A stretch of DNA of 64,000 nt from positions 253,270,001 to 253,334,000 of the forward strand of contig NC_083223.1 of the NCBI RefSeq assembly GCF_032191835.1, in the 5' to 3' direction. The position numbers and the translations under genes are program-made. The stretch's first letter is position 1. Every line of letters starts with the position of its first letter. The stretch is from Heteronotia binoei (lineage: Eukaryota). The notes below the pieces were generated by a model. It did not search any database. It was not told the DNA's origin and saw only the letters and a list, made by a program, of their open reading frames with translations. Shown here piece by piece: positions 62,041 through 64,000 of the stretch.

Positions 62041-62788
62041 AGCACAGGAGAGTAAACTGCTGAGCATGTGCTAAGAGCCACTCTCTCCTCTGTCTCTTCC
62101 GCCTTTGAGATTTAAAGACAGTGGTGTTTGATAGTCAGCTGATAGCCTCATGCTGCTCTGTACACTCTCCTTGTTTTTCCTTGCTTCCTTGTTCAGGGAA
62201 CGTCCCAGCTAGCTGCTTCCAGACTTCTGCATTCAGCTGATGCGAATGGAATACTGGGATGATGAGTGTCAGTCTGGACAAAGGTTGAATTTGAGGAGCT
62301 CAGAGTTGCTTGTGTGGTAGGGAAGGGATAGGTTCCCCGCAACGGCCCTGTTTTCCCCCTCCCTCCCTTGCATAGGGTGGCAACAAAACTCTATTCTTCC
62401 TTTTGCTCCCTCTGTCCAGGCATTTAGGGAGAATGCTTGCAACAGCCGCATCCTCCAGGCTGAAGGAGACTGCTGCTCTCTAGCAGAGGCTTTTGGTTCT
62501 TTCCTGACAGCATTTAAATGGAGATGCTGGGTCTTGGACTTGGGACCTTGTGCATGCTCACCAAGGCCCCTCATCATAAATTAGATAATAAGGTGGGAGA
62601 CTGGATTTATGGTTCAGCCAAGCTAAACAAGTTAACAATGGTTAATTCTGGCCTACAATATGCGTTCCACTTGTACAGTAAGTACAGTGAGACCTGGCAG
62701 AAGTAGCTTTAGGCAAACGCATTTCTCTCAGCCCTTCCCCTCATTTGCAATTGGGGTTAATAATACAGACCTGCATTACAGGGTTGCT

Positions 62789-62938
62789 AGAATCATAGAA
62801 TCCAGGCATTTAGGGAAAACGCTTGCGACAGCCGCATCCTCCAGGCATGGAGTTGGAAGGGACCTCCAGGGTCATCTAGTGCAACCCCCTGCACAATGCA
62901 GGAAACTCACAAATACCTGCCCCTAAATTCACAGGATT
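62789..62938 (-). mobile_element. CR1-A 3' tail carrying a 46-bp captured local segment
   Basis: gaatcatagaat...gagttggaagggacctccagggtcatctag. Confidence 0.75.
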
Positions 62939-63127
62939 TACACAAGGACGACATATGTGGGACACTTGAAAAGGTTATATGAAGTGTTTAATTGTCAGTT
63001 TTTTGTTCTGTCTATCTTCCCGCTGTGGGCTCTTGGGGAAAGCCTTTAAGAGAGTCGCCCTGAGCCTGCTTCGGCAAGGAGGGCAGGATATAAATCAAAT
63101 CAGGAACAATAACAAAAAGAAATGTTG

Positions 63128-63345
63128 GCAGTGTGGTGTAGTGGTTAGAATGTTGGGCTAGGACCTGGGCCAAATCTCCCTTGGGCCATGGAAGTTTTCT
63201 GAGTGATCTTGAGCAAGTCATGCACTCTCAGCCTCACCTACCTCAGTGGGTTGCTGTGAGAATAAAAAGGAGAAGAAGAGAATGAAGCAAGCAGTTCTGT
63301 GCCCCCATCGGGGAGGAAGATGTGGCATAAGTTAAATAAGTAAAT
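63128..63345 (+). mobile_element. Older MIR/Squam3-like SINE (similar old copies at about 6490-6700 -, 40430-40640 +, 42476-42640 +, 43470-43650 -, 54510-54900 -)
   Basis: Degenerate A/B boxes and CORE. Confidence 0.65.
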
Positions 63346-63465
63346 GATGTTTCTATCATGACTCATCTTAGGTGTGGTCATGACCCAACAAGTCCAGCTG
63401 TCTAGGCAAAGGGCAATTCTGTACTTCCAGTCCTGAACAACCTGCTCTTTTTCTCCTCCTTACAG

Positions 63466-63539
63466 TCAAAGAAAAGCTGACAGCTGATCCTGACAGCGAG
63501 ATTGCCACAACAAGTTTACGCGTTTCTCTCATGTGCCCG
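63466..63539 (+). CDS. PIAS3: PIAS3 exon 8, start of SP-RING (IKEKLTADPDSEIATTSLRVSLMCP); gene continues beyond the window
   Basis: ttacag|TC acceptor and CCG|gtacgt donor; 74 bp. Confidence 0.96.
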
Positions 63540-64000
63540 GTACGTTTGTAGCTTGGGGTTGCTCCTTTTTGTCTTTTATTGGTGAAGGTTCACAGCATAA
63601 AAATGGACTTCATCTGTCCCCTGACGGTGCTGCCCATCCACATGAGGGGATTTGAGGCATGCCTTGAAAAATCAAGCCACTGCATTAGCTGTGCCTGAGC
63701 AGGAGAGGAGGTGGCAAGAGTGCAGAATATGGATCTTGTCAGGGATTGGAAACTTAAGTGGGATTGGCCAACAGTGGTACTCAGATGGGAAACCACGAAA
63801 GAAGCCTGGGGTTGCTATACAGAGGAAGGCAATGGCAGGCGACCTTTGCTCATCTCTTACCTTTAAAACCACAGGGAGCTAGGGTCACTGTGAGTCAATT
63901 GCGATTTGATGCCACACTATTATTATCATTAATACAGGCATAGGGGCATCGTTGCTGAGTAAGGACCCAGCAGGGTCTTCTTGGTGCAGACCAGGGGGTT

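Noticed and set aside
47767-63539. Assignment to PIAS1 or PIAS2
   Set aside because: FCLCETSCPQEDYFPPNLFVKVNGKLCPLP, NWSSEFGR and ANKRD35 synteny all point to PIAS3.

Overview
Vertebrate genomic DNA from a squamate reptile, most likely a gecko, judged from its SINE, CR1 and hAT repeat families. There is no prokaryotic system here. The + strand carries the last three coding exons of ANKRD35 (770-5323, probably followed by a non-coding terminal exon from 6221). It also carries coding exons 1-8 of the SUMO E3 ligase PIAS3 (ATG 22982 to 63539; the gene continues past the window), in the same ANKRD35-PIAS3 order as in mammals. The rest is mostly transposable elements: CR1, L2, L1 and RTE LINE fragments, four SINE families, many hAT MITEs with recognisable 8-bp TSDs, a solo LTR, a Penelope remnant with a decayed hammerhead ribozyme, and a degraded two-LTR Gypsy element with nested insertions in PIAS3 intron 1. 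The best leads are (i) three TE families resembling ones known for horizontal transfer (MER1/Charlie3-like, OC1-like, AviRTE-like), (ii) an out-of-frame uORF overlapping the PIAS3 start codon, and (iii) several small junction structures that record templated DNA repair. Repeat family names come from my memory of consensus sequences and need Dfam/Repbase confirmation. All counts were done by hand.
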